A DNA stretch of 64,000 bases from an uncultured Clostridia bacterium (lineage in GTDB: Bacteria; Bacillota; Clostridia; Christensenellales; UBA1750), in the NCBI GenBank assembly GCA_944383925.1, contig CALWRM010000061.1, positions 1,432 through 65,431 on the forward strand, given 5' to 3'. Shown in pieces: positions 1 to 10,482 of the stretch. The position numbers were made by a program, and so were the translations under genes. Under the pieces are notes generated by a model. It saw only the letters and a program-made list of their open reading frames with translations, ran no database searches and was not told where the DNA came from. Every line of letters starts with the position of its first letter. Position 1 is the first letter of the stretch.

Positions 1-213
1 CTCTTCCAAGAGGAAGAGCATGTTCAGGAAGGGATGCTCGTCCCAAAACAGGTTGTAGCGCATCCAGCCCACGAAGCGTCCCTCCTCCAGGACCAGATAG
101 GTTCTGCCCAGGCCGATGCTTCTTTCCAGCTCCTGCCGGCACACATGCCGGTCCCAGGAAAGCAGCAGGTCCAGCTCCTGGGGCTGGGCCTTGCGCAGCT
201 GCGCCTTCGCCAT
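1..213 (-). CDS. GNAT-like N-acetyltransferase, first 71 codons only (gene runs off the left edge)
   Basis: Own minus-strand translation from ATG at 211-213: MAKAQLRKAQPQELDLLLSWDRHVCRQELERSIGLGRTYLVLEEGRFVGWMRYNLFWDEHPFLNMLFLLEE, open to base 1. Resembles the N-terminal half of GNAT enzymes. Absent from the ORF track because there is no stop in the window. Confidence 0.45.
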   Translation of the reverse strand, partial: MAKAQLRKAQPQELDLLLSWDRHVCRQELERSIGLGRTYLVLEEGRFVGWMRYNLFWDEHPFLNMLFLLEE

Positions 214-368
214 GGTTTCTCGCCGCCTTTCTCGCCGCTTTTCATGCACATTCTAGCACGCCCGAAGTTCCGGATGCAAGCGTCCCTGCCCCTTCCCAGG
301 CGGCGAAGGCCTTGGTATAATGGGCCTAGCGGGGCGCCCGAACGCCCCGGAAAGGAGGAAACAACGCC

Positions 369-1361
369 ATGCCGACCAAGGTCAAGGTCGCGGCCATCCA
401 GGCCGAGCTTTCCTTTCCGCCGCCGGAACTGGATTTTCTCAACCCCGCCTACCGGGCAGACAAGGCGGCCATCCTTTCCGGCTACGTACAACCCCGGCTG
501 GACAAGGTTTGCACCCTGCTGGAGCAGGCAGGCCAAGAGGGTTGCGACATCGTCACCAGCTCCGAGGACGTGACGGGCATTGCCCGCTTTCTGCCGGACA
601 TCGGCCCAAACAGCCTCTTTGCCCCCCTGGCAGCGGAGGCGGGCCTTCTGGCGGATGCTGCCATGGCCCAGGTGGCCCGCAAACACCGCATGTACGTGGT
701 GGGCTGTTACCTGCACGAGCAGGGCGGGGCCATCTACAACCGGGCCACCATCTTCGGCCGGGATGGGGCGCCCGTGGGCTTCTACGACAAGGTGCAGCTG
801 CCCTCGGACGAGGCCTGGCAAATCGCGCCCGGCGACCGCCTGCCCGTGTTCGATCTGGACTTTGGCCGCGTGGGCCTTGCCATCTGCTATGACATGATGT
901 TTCCGGAGGTGCTCTCCGTTCTGGGGCTGCGGGGCGCGCGCATCGTCTTCCATCCCACCGCCGGCTACGGTTGGTACGACAGCATCGGCGAGGCCACGCT
1001 GCGCACCCGAGCCAACGACAACGACCTATACATCGTCACCGCCAAGTCCTACGTCTACGCCGCCGCCGGCCACAGCAGCGTCATCGACCACTGGGGCCAG
1101 GTAAAGGCGGACGCGGGCTTCGATGCGGACGTGGTGGTCAGCCACTGCATCGACCTGGACCAGGAAAAGGTGCAGCCGCCCTGGTTCGTGCCCACCCGGA
1201 TGACGGGCGAGCCGAGCCTGCGCCGCCGCCGGGCTCTGGAGCGCAGGCCCGCCCTCTATGCCCCGCTGGCGGACGAAAGCCTTGCGGGCCGTCTGGTGCA
1301 GCCCGAGGAGGAGAAGCCCTCCATCGTGGAGGACCTGCGGTCGGGCCGGGTGCACTGGTAG
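369..1361 (+). CDS. carbon-nitrogen hydrolase (nitrilase/amidase superfamily) protein
   Basis: 330-aa ORF. KVAAIQ start, CDIVTSSE, GLAICYDMMFPE (catalytic Cys context) and IVFHPTAG are typical of C-N hydrolases. Confidence 0.85.
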   Translation: MPTKVKVAAIQAELSFPPPELDFLNPAYRADKAAILSGYVQPRLDKVCTLLEQAGQEGCDIVTSSEDVTGIARFLPDIGPNSLFAPLAAEAGLLADAAMAQVARKHRMYVVGCYLHEQGGAIYNRATIFGRDGAPVGFYDKVQLPSDEAWQIAPGDRLPVFDLDFGRVGLAICYDMMFPEVLSVLGLRGARIVFHPTAGYGWYDSIGEATLRTRANDNDLYIVTAKSYVYAAAGHSSVIDHWGQVKADAGFDADVVVSHCIDLDQEKVQPPWFVPTRMTGEPSLRRRRALERRPALYAPLADESLAGRLVQPEEEKPSIVEDLRSGRVHW

Positions 1362-1384
1362 CGCCCAGGCGGACAAGCGCGAAA

Positions 1385-1415
1385 GGGGGGGACCGTCCTT
1401 TGGGCGGTCCCCCCC
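1385..1415. terminator. bidirectional hairpin between convergent genes
   Basis: GGGGGGGACCG-loop-CGGTCCCCCCC, followed by TTCTT on plus and TTTCGCGCTT on minus. Sits between the C-N hydrolase stop and the hslU stop. Confidence 0.6.
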
Positions 1416-1427
1416 TTCTTGCGCTTT

Positions 1428-2789
1428 CTAGATGATCTGCTTGGAGACGTCGATCTCCTTGACCATGGAGCCCAGCTGCTTCTTGACATAGGCCCTGTCG
1501 ATGGTCACCGTTTCCGGGCCGTTTTCCCCGGCGGTGAAGGCCACCTCCTCGAGCACCTGCTCGATGAGGGTGTGCAGCCGCCTGGCGCCGATGTTCTCGC
1601 GGTTCTCGTTGACCTGCACGGCCATCTCCGCAATCTCGTCCAGGGCGTCGTCGGTGAACTCGATCTTCGTCCCGTCCACGGCCATGAGCTGCTGGTATTG
1701 CTTGATCAGGGCGTTTTCCGGTTGGGTGAGGATGCGCTGCAGGTCGTCCTTGGTCAGGGGCGCAAGCTCCACGTGCACGGGGAAGCGGCCCTGCAGCTCG
1801 GGGATCAGGTCGGTCACCTTGGCCACGTGGAAGGCGCCGGCGGCGATGAAGAGCATGTGGTCCGTCTTCACGGGGCCGTACTTGGTGTTGACGGTGGAGC
1901 CCTCCACGATGGGCAGGATGTCCCTCTGCACGCCCTCCCTGGACACGTCCGGCTGGCCGGACTGGGCGCGGCCGGCGATCTTGTCGATCTCGTCCAGGAA
2001 GATGATGCCGTCCTGTTCGGCCCTGTGGATGGCCTGGGAGGTGGCGGCGTCCATGTCGATGAGCTTGGCGGTCTCCTCCGCCCGCAGGATGCGCCGGGCC
2101 TCCAGCACGCTCACCTTGCGCAGCTTTTTCTTCTTGGGCAGGAAGCTGCCCATCAGGTCCTGCATGGAAACGTCGGTGCCCGGCAGGGTTTCGCCGTTTC
2201 CGCTGTCCTCCACCTCGATCTCGATGATCTCGGCCTCCAGGTCGCCCGCCAACAGCTGGGCGCGCAGCTCTTCCCGGCGGGACCTGCGCTTTTCGTGCTC
2301 TTCCGGGGGTAGGCTGGGCTCCCGCACCGGCCCCAGCAGGGCCTCGATGGGGTTCTGGGGCCTTTTCTTCTCCTTGCCCTGGTCCAACAGGGCGTCCAAA
2401 ATGCGCTCCTGGGCGTTCTGGTCCGCGGTCAGCTCCACGTCCTTGCCCATGCGGTCCTTGACCATGCGCAGCGAGGTCTCCACCAGGTCGCGCACCATGG
2501 AATCCACGTCGCGGCCCACATAGCCCACCTCGGTGAACTTGGTGGCCTCCACCTTGATGAAGGGGGCGTCCACCAACTTGGCCAGACGGCGGGCAATCTC
2601 CGTCTTGCCCACGCCCGTGGGGCCCACCATGAGGATGTTCTTGGGGGTGATCTCCTCGCGCTCCTCCTCGGGCAAACGGGAGCGGCGATAGCGGTTGCGC
2701 AGGGCCACGGCCACGGCGCGCTTGGCCTCCGCCTGGCCGATGATGTATTTATCCAGCTCGCTGACGATCTGGCGCGGGGTCAATTGCAT
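1428..2789 (-). CDS. hslU: ATP-dependent protease ATPase subunit HslU
   Basis: 453 aa. [36 protein letters not shown], Walker [27 protein letters not shown]. Confidence 0.95.
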   Translation of the reverse strand: MQLTPRQIVSELDKYIIGQAEAKRAVAVALRNRYRRSRLPEEEREEITPKNILMVGPTGVGKTEIARRLAKLVDAPFIKVEATKFTEVGYVGRDVDSMVRDLVETSLRMVKDRMGKDVELTADQNAQERILDALLDQGKEKKRPQNPIEALLGPVREPSLPPEEHEKRRSRREELRAQLLAGDLEAEIIEIEVEDSGNGETLPGTDVSMQDLMGSFLPKKKKLRKVSVLEARRILRAEETAKLIDMDAATSQAIHRAEQDGIIFLDEIDKIAGRAQSGQPDVSREGVQRDILPIVEGSTVNTKYGPVKTDHMLFIAAGAFHVAKVTDLIPELQGRFPVHVELAPLTKDDLQRILTQPENALIKQYQQLMAVDGTKIEFTDDALDEIAEMAVQVNENRENIGARRLHTLIEQVLEEVAFTAGENGPETVTIDRAYVKKQLGSMVKEIDVSKQII

Positions 2790-2837
2790 GCAGGCATGCC
2801 TCCTTATCCGTCGTTCACAGCGGAAGGGGAGAGGGTC

Positions 2838-3374
2838 TCAGACCTCTTCCACGCTGATGTGGTCGTTGGTGTACACGCAGATCTCCGAGGCGATTTCCAG
2901 CGCCTTGCGGACGATCTCCTTGGGTTCCAGCTCGGTGTTGCGCACCATGGCCCTGGCCGCGGCCAGGGCGTAGTTGCCGCCCGAGCCGATGGCCAGCACG
3001 CCGTCGTCCGGGGCGATGACCTCGCCGGTTCCGGAGATGAGCAGCAGGTTCTGCTTGTCGGCGGCCAGCAACATGGCCTCCAGCTTGCGCATGGCCTTGT
3101 CCATCCGCCAGGTCTGGGCCAGCTCCACGGCGGCCCTTGGCATGTTGCCCGCATACTGCTCCAGGCAGCTTTCGAACTTCTCGCACAGGGAAAACGCGTC
3201 GGCCACCGAGCCGGCAAAGCCCACGACCACCTGGTCGTTGTACAGCCGGCGCACCTTCTTGGCCCCGTGCTTCATGATGGTGGTCTCGCCCATTGTCACC
3301 TGTCCGTCCCCGGCGATGGCGGTCTTGCCGTCCTTTTGCACGGCCACGATGGTGGTTCCCTTAAAATTCGACAT
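2838..3374 (-). CDS. hslV: ATP-dependent protease subunit HslV (ClpQ)
   Basis: ORF-track 2838..3551 trimmed to [29 protein letters not shown], which has the same N-terminal layout as Bacillus ClpQ. GGAAAGGA lies about 11 nt upstream. An alternative ATG lies 12 nt further upstream at 3386. Confidence 0.9.
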   Translation of the reverse strand: MSNFKGTTIVAVQKDGKTAIAGDGQVTMGETTIMKHGAKKVRRLYNDQVVVGFAGSVADAFSLCEKFESCLEQYAGNMPRAAVELAQTWRMDKAMRKLEAMLLAADKQNLLLISGTGEVIAPDDGVLAIGSGGNYALAAARAMVRNTELEPKEIVRKALEIASEICVYTNDHISVEEV

Positions 3375-3456
3375 CGTTGCGTTCATCCTTTCCGTTTCCA
3401 CAACTGGGCTCCTTGGGAAGAAGCTTCCCATCTTTTTCCTCTGGTTTCTAGGCAAA

Positions 3457-3485
3457 GGCGCTCCAAAACCGCGTTTTGGAGCGCC
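3457..3485 (-). terminator. hairpin between trmFO and hslV (terminator/attenuator)
   Basis: GGCGCTCCAAAAC-loop-GTTTTGGAGCGCC, followed on the minus strand by TTTGCC. Confidence 0.5.
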
Positions 3486-3492
3486 AAATCCG

Positions 3493-4788
3493 CTAAAGCT
3501 CGGGCAAGAGCGCGGCGATTTTGTCCAAGCTGCGCTGGGCGATGGCCGCATAGCGCTCCTGCTTGTTGCGCACGCGCCTTGGCAGCTCCGCCATCACGCC
3601 GAAGTTGGCGTTCATGGGCTGGAAGTGCCGGTTGGGCGTGGAAATGTAGCGCCCCATGGCTCCCAGCACCGTTTCGTCGGTGAAATCCGGCCTTGGCCGG
3701 CCGGCCAGCTCCGCCGCCAGGCAGACGCCAGCCACCAGGCCGGAGGCGGCGGACTCGATGTAGCCCTCCACACCGGTCATCTGGCCGGCGAAGTACAGCC
3801 CCTCCCGCAGGCGAAAGTCCTGGTCCAGCAGGCCCGGGGAGTTGAGGAAGGTGTTGCGGTGCATCGCGCCAAAGCGGGCATAGCGGGCCTTTTCCAGCCC
3901 GGGAATCAGCCCGAACACCCGCTTCTGCTCGGGGATGAGCAGGCGGGTTTGAAAGCCCACCAGGTTATACAGGGTGTCGGCGGCGTCGTCCTGGCGCAGC
4001 TGCAGCACCGCATAGGGCATCTTTCCGGTTCGGGGGTCGGTCAGGCCCTTGGGCTTGAGGGGACCGAAGCACAGGGTTTGCATGCCCCGCTTGGCCATGA
4101 CCTCCACGGGCATGCAGCCCTCGAACACCTTGCTGTCCTCAAAGCCGTGCACGGGGGCGGTCTTGGCCTCCATCAGGGCCTGGTAGAAGGTCTCGTACTG
4201 CGCCCGATCCATGGGGCAGTTGATGTAGTCGCCGCCCTCCTCGCCCCGGCCATATCGGGAGGCGCGGAAGGCCTTGTCCATATCGATGGAGTCCTTGTAG
4301 ACGATGGGGGCCGCCGCATCATAAAACGAGAGCTGCTCCCGTCCCGTTTCCCTCTGGATGGCCTCCAGCAGCGGGCCGTCCGTCAGGGGACCGGAGGCCA
4401 CCACCACGGGCCCCTCCGGCAGGGCGAAGACCTCCTGGCGCAGCACGCGCACGTTTTTGTGGGATTCCAGCGCCCCCGTGATGTGGCTGGAAAAGCGCTC
4501 CCGGTCCACGGCCAGGGAGCCGCCGGCCGGCACGCGGGCCAGGTCCGCCGCCTCCATCACCAGGGAGCCCACGCGGCGCATCTCCTCCTTGAGCAGGCCG
4601 ACGGCGTTCTCCAGCCGGTCGGAGCGCAGGGAGTTGGAGCAGACCAGCTCCGCAAAGCCGGCCGCCTTGTGGGCGGGGGAAAAGCGCTGGGGCTTCATCT
4701 CATACAGCGTGACCTCCACGCCGCGCTGGGCCAGCTGCCAGGCGGCTTCGCTGCCGGCCAGGCCCGCGCCGATGACGCTGGCCCTCAT
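3493..4788 (-). CDS. trmFO: methylenetetrahydrofolate--tRNA-(uracil-5)-methyltransferase TrmFO
   Basis: Trimmed to [33 protein letters not shown] (FAD-binding GxGxxG). GGAGGA lies 6 nt upstream. The ATG overlaps the topA stop (ATGA). Confidence 0.93.
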   Translation of the reverse strand: MRASVIGAGLAGSEAAWQLAQRGVEVTLYEMKPQRFSPAHKAAGFAELVCSNSLRSDRLENAVGLLKEEMRRVGSLVMEAADLARVPAGGSLAVDRERFSSHITGALESHKNVRVLRQEVFALPEGPVVVASGPLTDGPLLEAIQRETGREQLSFYDAAAPIVYKDSIDMDKAFRASRYGRGEEGGDYINCPMDRAQYETFYQALMEAKTAPVHGFEDSKVFEGCMPVEVMAKRGMQTLCFGPLKPKGLTDPRTGKMPYAVLQLRQDDAADTLYNLVGFQTRLLIPEQKRVFGLIPGLEKARYARFGAMHRNTFLNSPGLLDQDFRLREGLYFAGQMTGVEGYIESAASGLVAGVCLAAELAGRPRPDFTDETVLGAMGRYISTPNRHFQPMNANFGVMAELPRRVRNKQERYAAIAQRSLDKIAALLPEL

Positions 4789-6884
4789 GCCTCTTCCTCC
4801 GTTTCCAGTTCCACCCGGTGCTTGCAGTTCTCGTTCAGGCACAGGTTGTAGGGGCAATCCCGCTTGCGGTCGAACTTGCGCACCATGTGGGAACCGCACA
4901 GCGGACAAAGATCGTCCACGGGCAGCTCCCAGGAGGTGTAATCGCAATCCGGGTAGCGCTCGCAGCCGAAGAACACGCGGCCCTTGCGGCTAAAGCGCTT
5001 GATGACGCCCGCACCGCACTTGGGGCAGTGGGCCGCCACCCGCTCCACGATGGGCTGGGTGTTGCGGCAGGCGGGGAAGTTGGGGCAGGCCAGAAAGCGG
5101 CCGAAGCGGCCCATCTTGTAGACCATCATGGCGCCGCACTTTTCGCAGGGCACGTCGGAGACCTCGTCCTGCACCTCGACCTTTTCGATGGTCTTTTCGG
5201 CCTCTTCCAGCTCCTTGCCAAAGGGGCCGTAGAAGTCGGCGATGACGCCGTGCCAGTCCACCCCTTCCTCCTCCACGCGGTCCAGGTTTTCCTCCATGTC
5301 GGCGGTGAACTGCTCGTCCACGATGCGGGCGAAGTGCTCCTTCATCATCTCGGTCACCAGCACGCCCAGCTCCGTGGGGGCCAGGGACTTGTTGCGGGAA
5401 TAGACATAGCCGCGGGCCAGGATGGTGGAGATGGTGGGCGCGTAGGTGGAGGGCCGGCCGATGCCCTTTTCCTCCATGGCGCGCACCAGGGAGGCCTCGG
5501 TGAAGCGGGGCGGCGGCTGGGTGAAGTGCTGCTCGGCGTTGAGGCCTTCCATCGTCGCCTCCGCTCCGTCCTGCACCTGGGGCAGGGGCACGTCCTTTTC
5601 GCCGGGCTCGTCCTGGCCCTCCTCGTACACGGCGGTGAAGCCGGCAAACTTCTTCTTCTGGCCGCCGAAACGGAACTGGCGGCCCTCGGCCTCCACCTGG
5701 AAGGAGAGGGTGTCGTAGAGGGCGGGGGCCATCTGGCTGGCCAGGTAGCGCTCGTAGATGAGCTTATAGAGCCGGTATTGGTCGCGGGTGAGGGATTCCT
5801 TCACCAGCTCGGGGGTTTGATCGGCGTAGGTGGGGCGGATGGCCTCGTGGGCGTCCTGGGCGTTTTTGCGGCCCTTGAACACGTTGGGGGTTTCGGGCAG
5901 GTATTCGGGCGGATAGACCTGGGCGATGCGGGCCCGGGCCGCGGCCACGGCCTCGTCGGACAGGCGGGTGGAGTCGGTGCGGATGTAGCTGATCAGGCCG
6001 ATGGTGCCGCTGCCCTTCACGTCCACGCCCTCGTAGAGGGCCTGGGCGATCTGCATGGTCTTCTTGGTGGTGAAGCCCAGCTTGCGCACGGCCTCCTGTT
6101 GCAGGTTGGAGGTGGTGAAGGGCGGGGAGGGGTTCTTGCGCTTCTCGCCCCAGCGCACCTTCTGCACGCAAAAGCGCAGGTCCTTGAGCTTGGCCTCCAG
6201 GGCCTCGGCCTCCTCCTTGGAGGAGATCTCCTGGCGCTCGTCCATCTGGCCGAAGTACTTGGCCTCAAAGCGCTGGCCGCCGCTTTGGAACTGGCCCGTG
6301 ATGGTCCAATACTCCTTGGGCTCGAAGGCCTCGATCTCGGCCTCCCGGTCCACGATCATGCGGGTGGCCACGGACTGCACGCGGCCCGCGGACAGGCCCT
6401 TGCGCACCTTGGCCCAGAGCAGGGGGCTGATCTTATAGCCCACCAGCCGGTCCATGACCCGCCTGGCCTGTTGGGCGTCCACCAGGGAAAGGTTGATGGT
6501 TCTGGGGTGTTTCATGGCGTTCTTGACCGCCTGGGAGGTGATCTCGTTAAACTCTACGCGGCACTTGGTCTTGGGATCGATTTTCAGGATGTTGGCCAGG
6601 TGCCAGGAAATGGCCTCGCCTTCGCGGTCAGGGTCCGTGGCCAGGATCACGCTGGAGGCGGCCTTGGCCTCCTTGCGGATGCGCTCTAGGATCTCGCCGC
6701 GGCCGCGAATGGTGATATACTTGGGCTCAAAGCCATGTTCCACATCCACGCCGATCTGGCTCTTGGGCAGGTCGCGCACGTGTCCGTTGCAGGCCTCCAC
6801 CTTATACCCCTTTCCCAGGTATTTTCCGATCGTCTTGGCCTTGGCGGGAGACTCCACGATCACCAGTTTGTACCCATTAGCCAT
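4785..6884 (-). CDS. topA: DNA topoisomerase I
   Basis: Trimmed from the 871-aa ORF to MANGYKLVIVESPAKAKTIGKYLG (Toprim). GGAGGA upstream. C-terminal Cys4 zinc ribbons. The upstream 172 codons of the ORF are antisense to dprA. Confidence 0.95.
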   Translation of the reverse strand: MANGYKLVIVESPAKAKTIGKYLGKGYKVEACNGHVRDLPKSQIGVDVEHGFEPKYITIRGRGEILERIRKEAKAASSVILATDPDREGEAISWHLANILKIDPKTKCRVEFNEITSQAVKNAMKHPRTINLSLVDAQQARRVMDRLVGYKISPLLWAKVRKGLSAGRVQSVATRMIVDREAEIEAFEPKEYWTITGQFQSGGQRFEAKYFGQMDERQEISSKEEAEALEAKLKDLRFCVQKVRWGEKRKNPSPPFTTSNLQQEAVRKLGFTTKKTMQIAQALYEGVDVKGSGTIGLISYIRTDSTRLSDEAVAAARARIAQVYPPEYLPETPNVFKGRKNAQDAHEAIRPTYADQTPELVKESLTRDQYRLYKLIYERYLASQMAPALYDTLSFQVEAEGRQFRFGGQKKKFAGFTAVYEEGQDEPGEKDVPLPQVQDGAEATMEGLNAEQHFTQPPPRFTEASLVRAMEEKGIGRPSTYAPTISTILARGYVYSRNKSLAPTELGVLVTEMMKEHFARIVDEQFTADMEENLDRVEEEGVDWHGVIADFYGPFGKELEEAEKTIEKVEVQDEVSDVPCEKCGAMMVYKMGRFGRFLACPNFPACRNTQPIVERVAAHCPKCGAGVIKRFSRKGRVFFGCERYPDCDYTSWELPVDDLCPLCGSHMVRKFDRKRDCPYNLCLNENCKHRVELETEEEA

Positions 6885-6913
6885 GCATGTTCCTCCAGTA
6901 AAGTCAAAGGTTC

Positions 6914-8011
6914 CTATTTGAACGAGCCGTTGAGGCCGTAAATGCGTCCAGGCGTCTTGACTATTATTCCCTGCATCTCCAGCATTGTCAAGAGCGAATT
7001 TAGCTTTCCCGGCGAAAGGCCCGTGCACTCCACCAGTTCGTCGAAGGAAAGATCCTCGCCGCGCAGCTGGGCGCACAGGGCCTGCTCCTCCCCGGAAAGC
7101 CCCTCCGGCAGCCGTGGCTGGGCGCCGGACGCCTGGCGGACGGCGGGCAGGTCCAAGGCGGCGAGCAGGTCCGCCAGCTCCAGGGCGGGCCTTGCGCTGA
7201 AGCGCAGCAGCTGGTTGCAGCCGCGGCTGGAGGGGGAGAAGATGGATCCGGGCACCGCGAACAGCTCCCGGTCGTAGTCCACGGCATAGCCGGCGGTGAT
7301 CAGGGAGCCGGAGTTTTCGCCGGCCTCCACCACCAACACGGCCCTGGACAGTCCGGCCAGAAGGCGGTTGCGGACGGGGAAGTGCCAGGGTTTGGCCCAC
7401 GCGCCGAAGCCATGCTCGCTGAGCAGCAAGCCTTCCCGGGCGATGCGGCCTTGCAGTTCCTGGTTTTCCGGCGGATAGCAGCGGTCCAAGCCGGTGCCGA
7501 GCACGGCGATGACCTTGCCGCCCGCGTCCAGCGCGGCCTGTTGGGCGATGGAATCCACACCCCTTGCCAGGCCGGACACCACGCAGACCCCGGCCGCCGC
7601 CAGGCCCGCGCCGAAGTACGCCGCCGCGCGCCGGCCGTACTGGGTGACGCTTCGGCTGCCCACCACGGCCACGGCCGTCCTCTCCAGCAGGGAAAGATCG
7701 CCCTGGGCATAGAGCAGATAGGGGCCGTCCGGCATGCGCCGAAGCGTCTCCGGATAGGCGGGATGGGCGCGGGTGATCAGCTGGCAGCCCTTGTCGCGGG
7801 CGGTGCGCGCCAAGTCCTCTGCCGCCTCCTGCGCGCGCAGCGCCCGCATGCGGTCGGCCAGCTGAACGCCCACCACGCTTGCCCAGCGCTCCCAGCCCGC
7901 CCGATAGACCTCCTGCGGGCTTCCGAAGCGCTCCAGCAGCTCTTCGATCCGCTTATGGCTCAGGCCCTGCACCTGGGCCAGCCAGATCCAATACGCCTCC
8001 TCCGGGCTCAT
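6914..8011 (-). CDS. dprA: DNA-processing protein DprA (Smf)
   Basis: 365 aa. AVVGSRSVTQYGRRAA, VVSGLARGVDSIAQQAAL, FPVRNRLLAGLS. GGAAGGAGG lies 7 nt upstream of the ATG. Confidence 0.9.
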   Translation of the reverse strand: MSPEEAYWIWLAQVQGLSHKRIEELLERFGSPQEVYRAGWERWASVVGVQLADRMRALRAQEAAEDLARTARDKGCQLITRAHPAYPETLRRMPDGPYLLYAQGDLSLLERTAVAVVGSRSVTQYGRRAAAYFGAGLAAAGVCVVSGLARGVDSIAQQAALDAGGKVIAVLGTGLDRCYPPENQELQGRIAREGLLLSEHGFGAWAKPWHFPVRNRLLAGLSRAVLVVEAGENSGSLITAGYAVDYDRELFAVPGSIFSPSSRGCNQLLRFSARPALELADLLAALDLPAVRQASGAQPRLPEGLSGEEQALCAQLRGEDLSFDELVECTGLSPGKLNSLLTMLEMQGIIVKTPGRIYGLNGSFK

Positions 8012-8029
8012 CCGCCCGCCTCCTTCCCG

Positions 8030-8852
8030 CTAGACTTGCGCCGGCCCCCGCGCGGCGCTCCGCCCAACCTTCCCCAACAGCCCCGCAACGCGCCCACGCC
8101 CGGCCCTTTCGACGCGCAAGCCAAGCGCGGGGAAGTCCGCGCCTCGGGCCCGCGATAGGCCCAACGCTTCCCTTTCTCCACACCCCACGCCCGGCCCTTT
8201 CGACGCGCAAGCCAAGCGCGGGGAAGGCCGCGCCTCGGGCTCGCGATGGCCTTTACGCTTCCCTTTCGCATCGCCCCACGCCCGGCCCTTTCGACGCGCA
8301 AGCCAAGCGCGGGGAAGGCCGCGCCTCGGACCCGCGTTGGCCCTTTCGCATTCCTTTCGCAACGCCCATGCCCGGCCCTTCCGACGCGCACCCCGGCCAA
8401 GCACAAGGAAAGCCGCGCCCCGGGCCCGCGATGGCCCTTACGCTTCCCTTTCGCAACGCGCTCACGCCCGGCCCCTTTCGACGCGCAAGCCAAGCGCGGG
8501 GAAGGCCGCGCCTCGGACTCGCGATGGCCCCACGCTTCCCTTTCGCATCACCCCATTGCCGGCCCTTTCGACGCACACCCTGGCCAAGCACGGGGCAAGC
8601 CGCGCCTCGAGCCCGCGATGACCCAACGCTCCCCTTTCGCAACGCCCATGCCCAGCCCTTTCGACGCCTCTTGGCTTAACCTAAGAAAAAGCGAACCTCG
8701 GGCCTGTGATGGCCCCAACGCTTCCCTTTCACCGTCCCCCATGACCGGCCTTTCCAACACCTCGGGCCCGCGATGGGCCCCTCTTCCCTTTCGCAACACC
8801 CATGCTCGGTCTCTCCAGCGCGCACCACGGCCAAGCGCGGGGAAGGCTGCGC
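8030..8852. repeat. tandem array A: about 9 degenerate units of about 91 bp
   Basis: CGGCCCTTTCGACGCG recurs at 8101, 8192, 8283, 8373, 8469 and 8560, with decayed copies at about 8652, 8756 and 8815. Unit core is AAGCGCGGGGAAGGCCGCGCCTCGG. The last core, at 8831-8852, abuts the comM TAG. Confidence 0.85.
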
Positions 8853-10385
8853 CTAGCCTTTCCAATACTTATCCCCCGTGCCCCGGTAGGACAGGGCCTC
8901 GGCCACGTGCCCCGCGCCGATCTTTTTCTCTCCCTCCATGTCCGCCAGGGTTCTGGCCAGCTTCAACACCCTCGTGTAGGCGCGCATGGATAGCTTCATC
9001 CGCCCCATGGCCGCCTGCAAGAAGCGCCGGCCCTCCTCGTCCAGGGCGCAGTGCTCCTCCAGCTGCGCGCCGCTCAGGTGGGCGTTGGCGTAGATGCCCG
9101 TGCCCCGGTAGCGCTCGGCGGCCAGCGCGCGGGCGCGCTCCACCCTCCGGCGCACCTCGGCGCTGCTCTCCCCGGGCGCGCGCTGGCGCAGGGCCTCCTC
9201 CGCGGGCACGAAGTCCATCTCCACGATCAGGTCGATGCGGTCCAGCAGCGGCCCGGACACCCGTGCCAGGTAGCGCTCGATGGCCAAGGGGGTGCAACGG
9301 CAGGCCTTCACCCGGGAACCGTAGTCGCCGCAGGCGCAGGGATTCATGGCGCAGACCAGGGAAAAGCGCGCCGGATACTCGCACTGGGCGCCCACCCGGG
9401 CCACGCGCACCACCCCGTCCTCCATGGGTTGGCGCAGGGCCTCCAGCACCGTCCTTGGAAACTCCGGCAGCTCGTCCAGGAAGAGCACGCCGTTGTGAGC
9501 CTTGGAGATTTCCCCGGGCATGGCGTCCCGGCCGCCGCCCACCAGCGCCGCCGCGGAGGCGGTGTGGTGCGGCGCGCGGAAGGGCCTTTGGGTCACCAAC
9601 CCCTCCCGGGAGCCGGCGGCTGAGTGGATGCGGGTGGTCTCCAGGGCCTCCTCAAAGCCCATCGCGGGCAGGATGCCCGGCAGGCAACGGGCCAGCAGGG
9701 TCTTTCCGGAGCCGGGCGGCCCGATGAGCAGCAGGTTGTGCCCGCCGCTGGCGGCGATTTCCAGGGCCCGCTTGGCCGCGTACTGCCCGCGCACCTGGGC
9801 CAGGTCCACGGAGGCGGGCGTCTGGCGCAGCAGGTGTTCGTAATCCTGCACGGGCACGGGCTCGATGGCCGTCTCCCCCCGCAGGAAGGCCACGGCCTGG
9901 CCGATGCTCTCCGCCCCATAGGCCTGCATTCCCTCCAAGCAGGCGGCCTCGCCGGCGTTTTCCAGGGGCAGCAGGGCCCGGGTCACCCCGTCGGCCCTGG
10001 CCCGGATCAGCATGGGCAACACCCCCGTGATGGGCCGCAGCCTGCCATCCAGGGACAGCTCCCCCAGCACCAGCAGGCCCCGCAGCGCCTCCGGCGGCAG
10101 CTGCTTGGAGGCCGCCAGGAGCCCCAGGGCGATGGGCAGGTCGTACCGGGGCCCCTCCTTGCGCACGTCCGCAGGGGCCAGGTTCACCGTGGTGGGTCCG
10201 TAGGGAAAGCGCAGCCCGGAGTTGAGCAGGGCCGAGCGCACCCGCTCCCTGGACTCCTTCACAGCCGCGCCCGGCAGGCCCACCGTTTCAAAGGAGGGCA
10301 TGCCGCCCTCCCGGCAATCCACCTCCACCTGCATCGGGTATCCCTCGATCCCCTGCAAGCCGTAGCTCAGCACGCTGGCCAGCAT
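8853..10385 (-). CDS. comM: YifB/ComM family Mg-chelatase-like AAA ATPase
   Basis: 510 aa. N-terminal Lon-protease-like fold (VDLAPADVRKEG), Walker A LLIGPPGSGKT, GVLFLDELPEF. Confidence 0.9.
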   Translation of the reverse strand: MLASVLSYGLQGIEGYPMQVEVDCREGGMPSFETVGLPGAAVKESRERVRSALLNSGLRFPYGPTTVNLAPADVRKEGPRYDLPIALGLLAASKQLPPEALRGLLVLGELSLDGRLRPITGVLPMLIRARADGVTRALLPLENAGEAACLEGMQAYGAESIGQAVAFLRGETAIEPVPVQDYEHLLRQTPASVDLAQVRGQYAAKRALEIAASGGHNLLLIGPPGSGKTLLARCLPGILPAMGFEEALETTRIHSAAGSREGLVTQRPFRAPHHTASAAALVGGGRDAMPGEISKAHNGVLFLDELPEFPRTVLEALRQPMEDGVVRVARVGAQCEYPARFSLVCAMNPCACGDYGSRVKACRCTPLAIERYLARVSGPLLDRIDLIVEMDFVPAEEALRQRAPGESSAEVRRRVERARALAAERYRGTGIYANAHLSGAQLEEHCALDEEGRRFLQAAMGRMKLSMRAYTRVLKLARTLADMEGEKKIGAGHVAEALSYRGTGDKYWKG

Positions 10386-10482
10386 TCGCCTCTCCCCTTC
10401 CCGCGCGCGCCGCGCGCCTTTTCTCCCTAGGGAAACAGCCGCGCGAGGCCGGGCGTCCCCGCCCGCTCCCCGCGCGCCTTGC

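Noticed and set aside
2974-6689. Long plus-strand ORFs 2974..4851 (625 aa) and 4818..6689 (623 aa). The same phenomenon occurs at 30056..32308 +, 11806..14766 +, 58789..60876 -, 60596..62041 - and 23318..25315 +.
   Set aside because: These are antisense shadow ORFs of trmFO, topA, ftsK, the glycosyltransferase, pgk/tpiA, gpmI and rny. Their translations are Gly/Ala/Leu/His/Gln-rich low-complexity sequences with no recognisable motifs, typical of GC-rich genomes.
8030-8852. CRISPR array? Regularly spaced repeats appear here and in the other four arrays.
   Set aside because: The units are contiguous and degenerate, with no unique spacers. The periods (about 50-150 bp, with the whole unit repeated) do not fit repeat-spacer architecture. 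No cas genes are present in the window.
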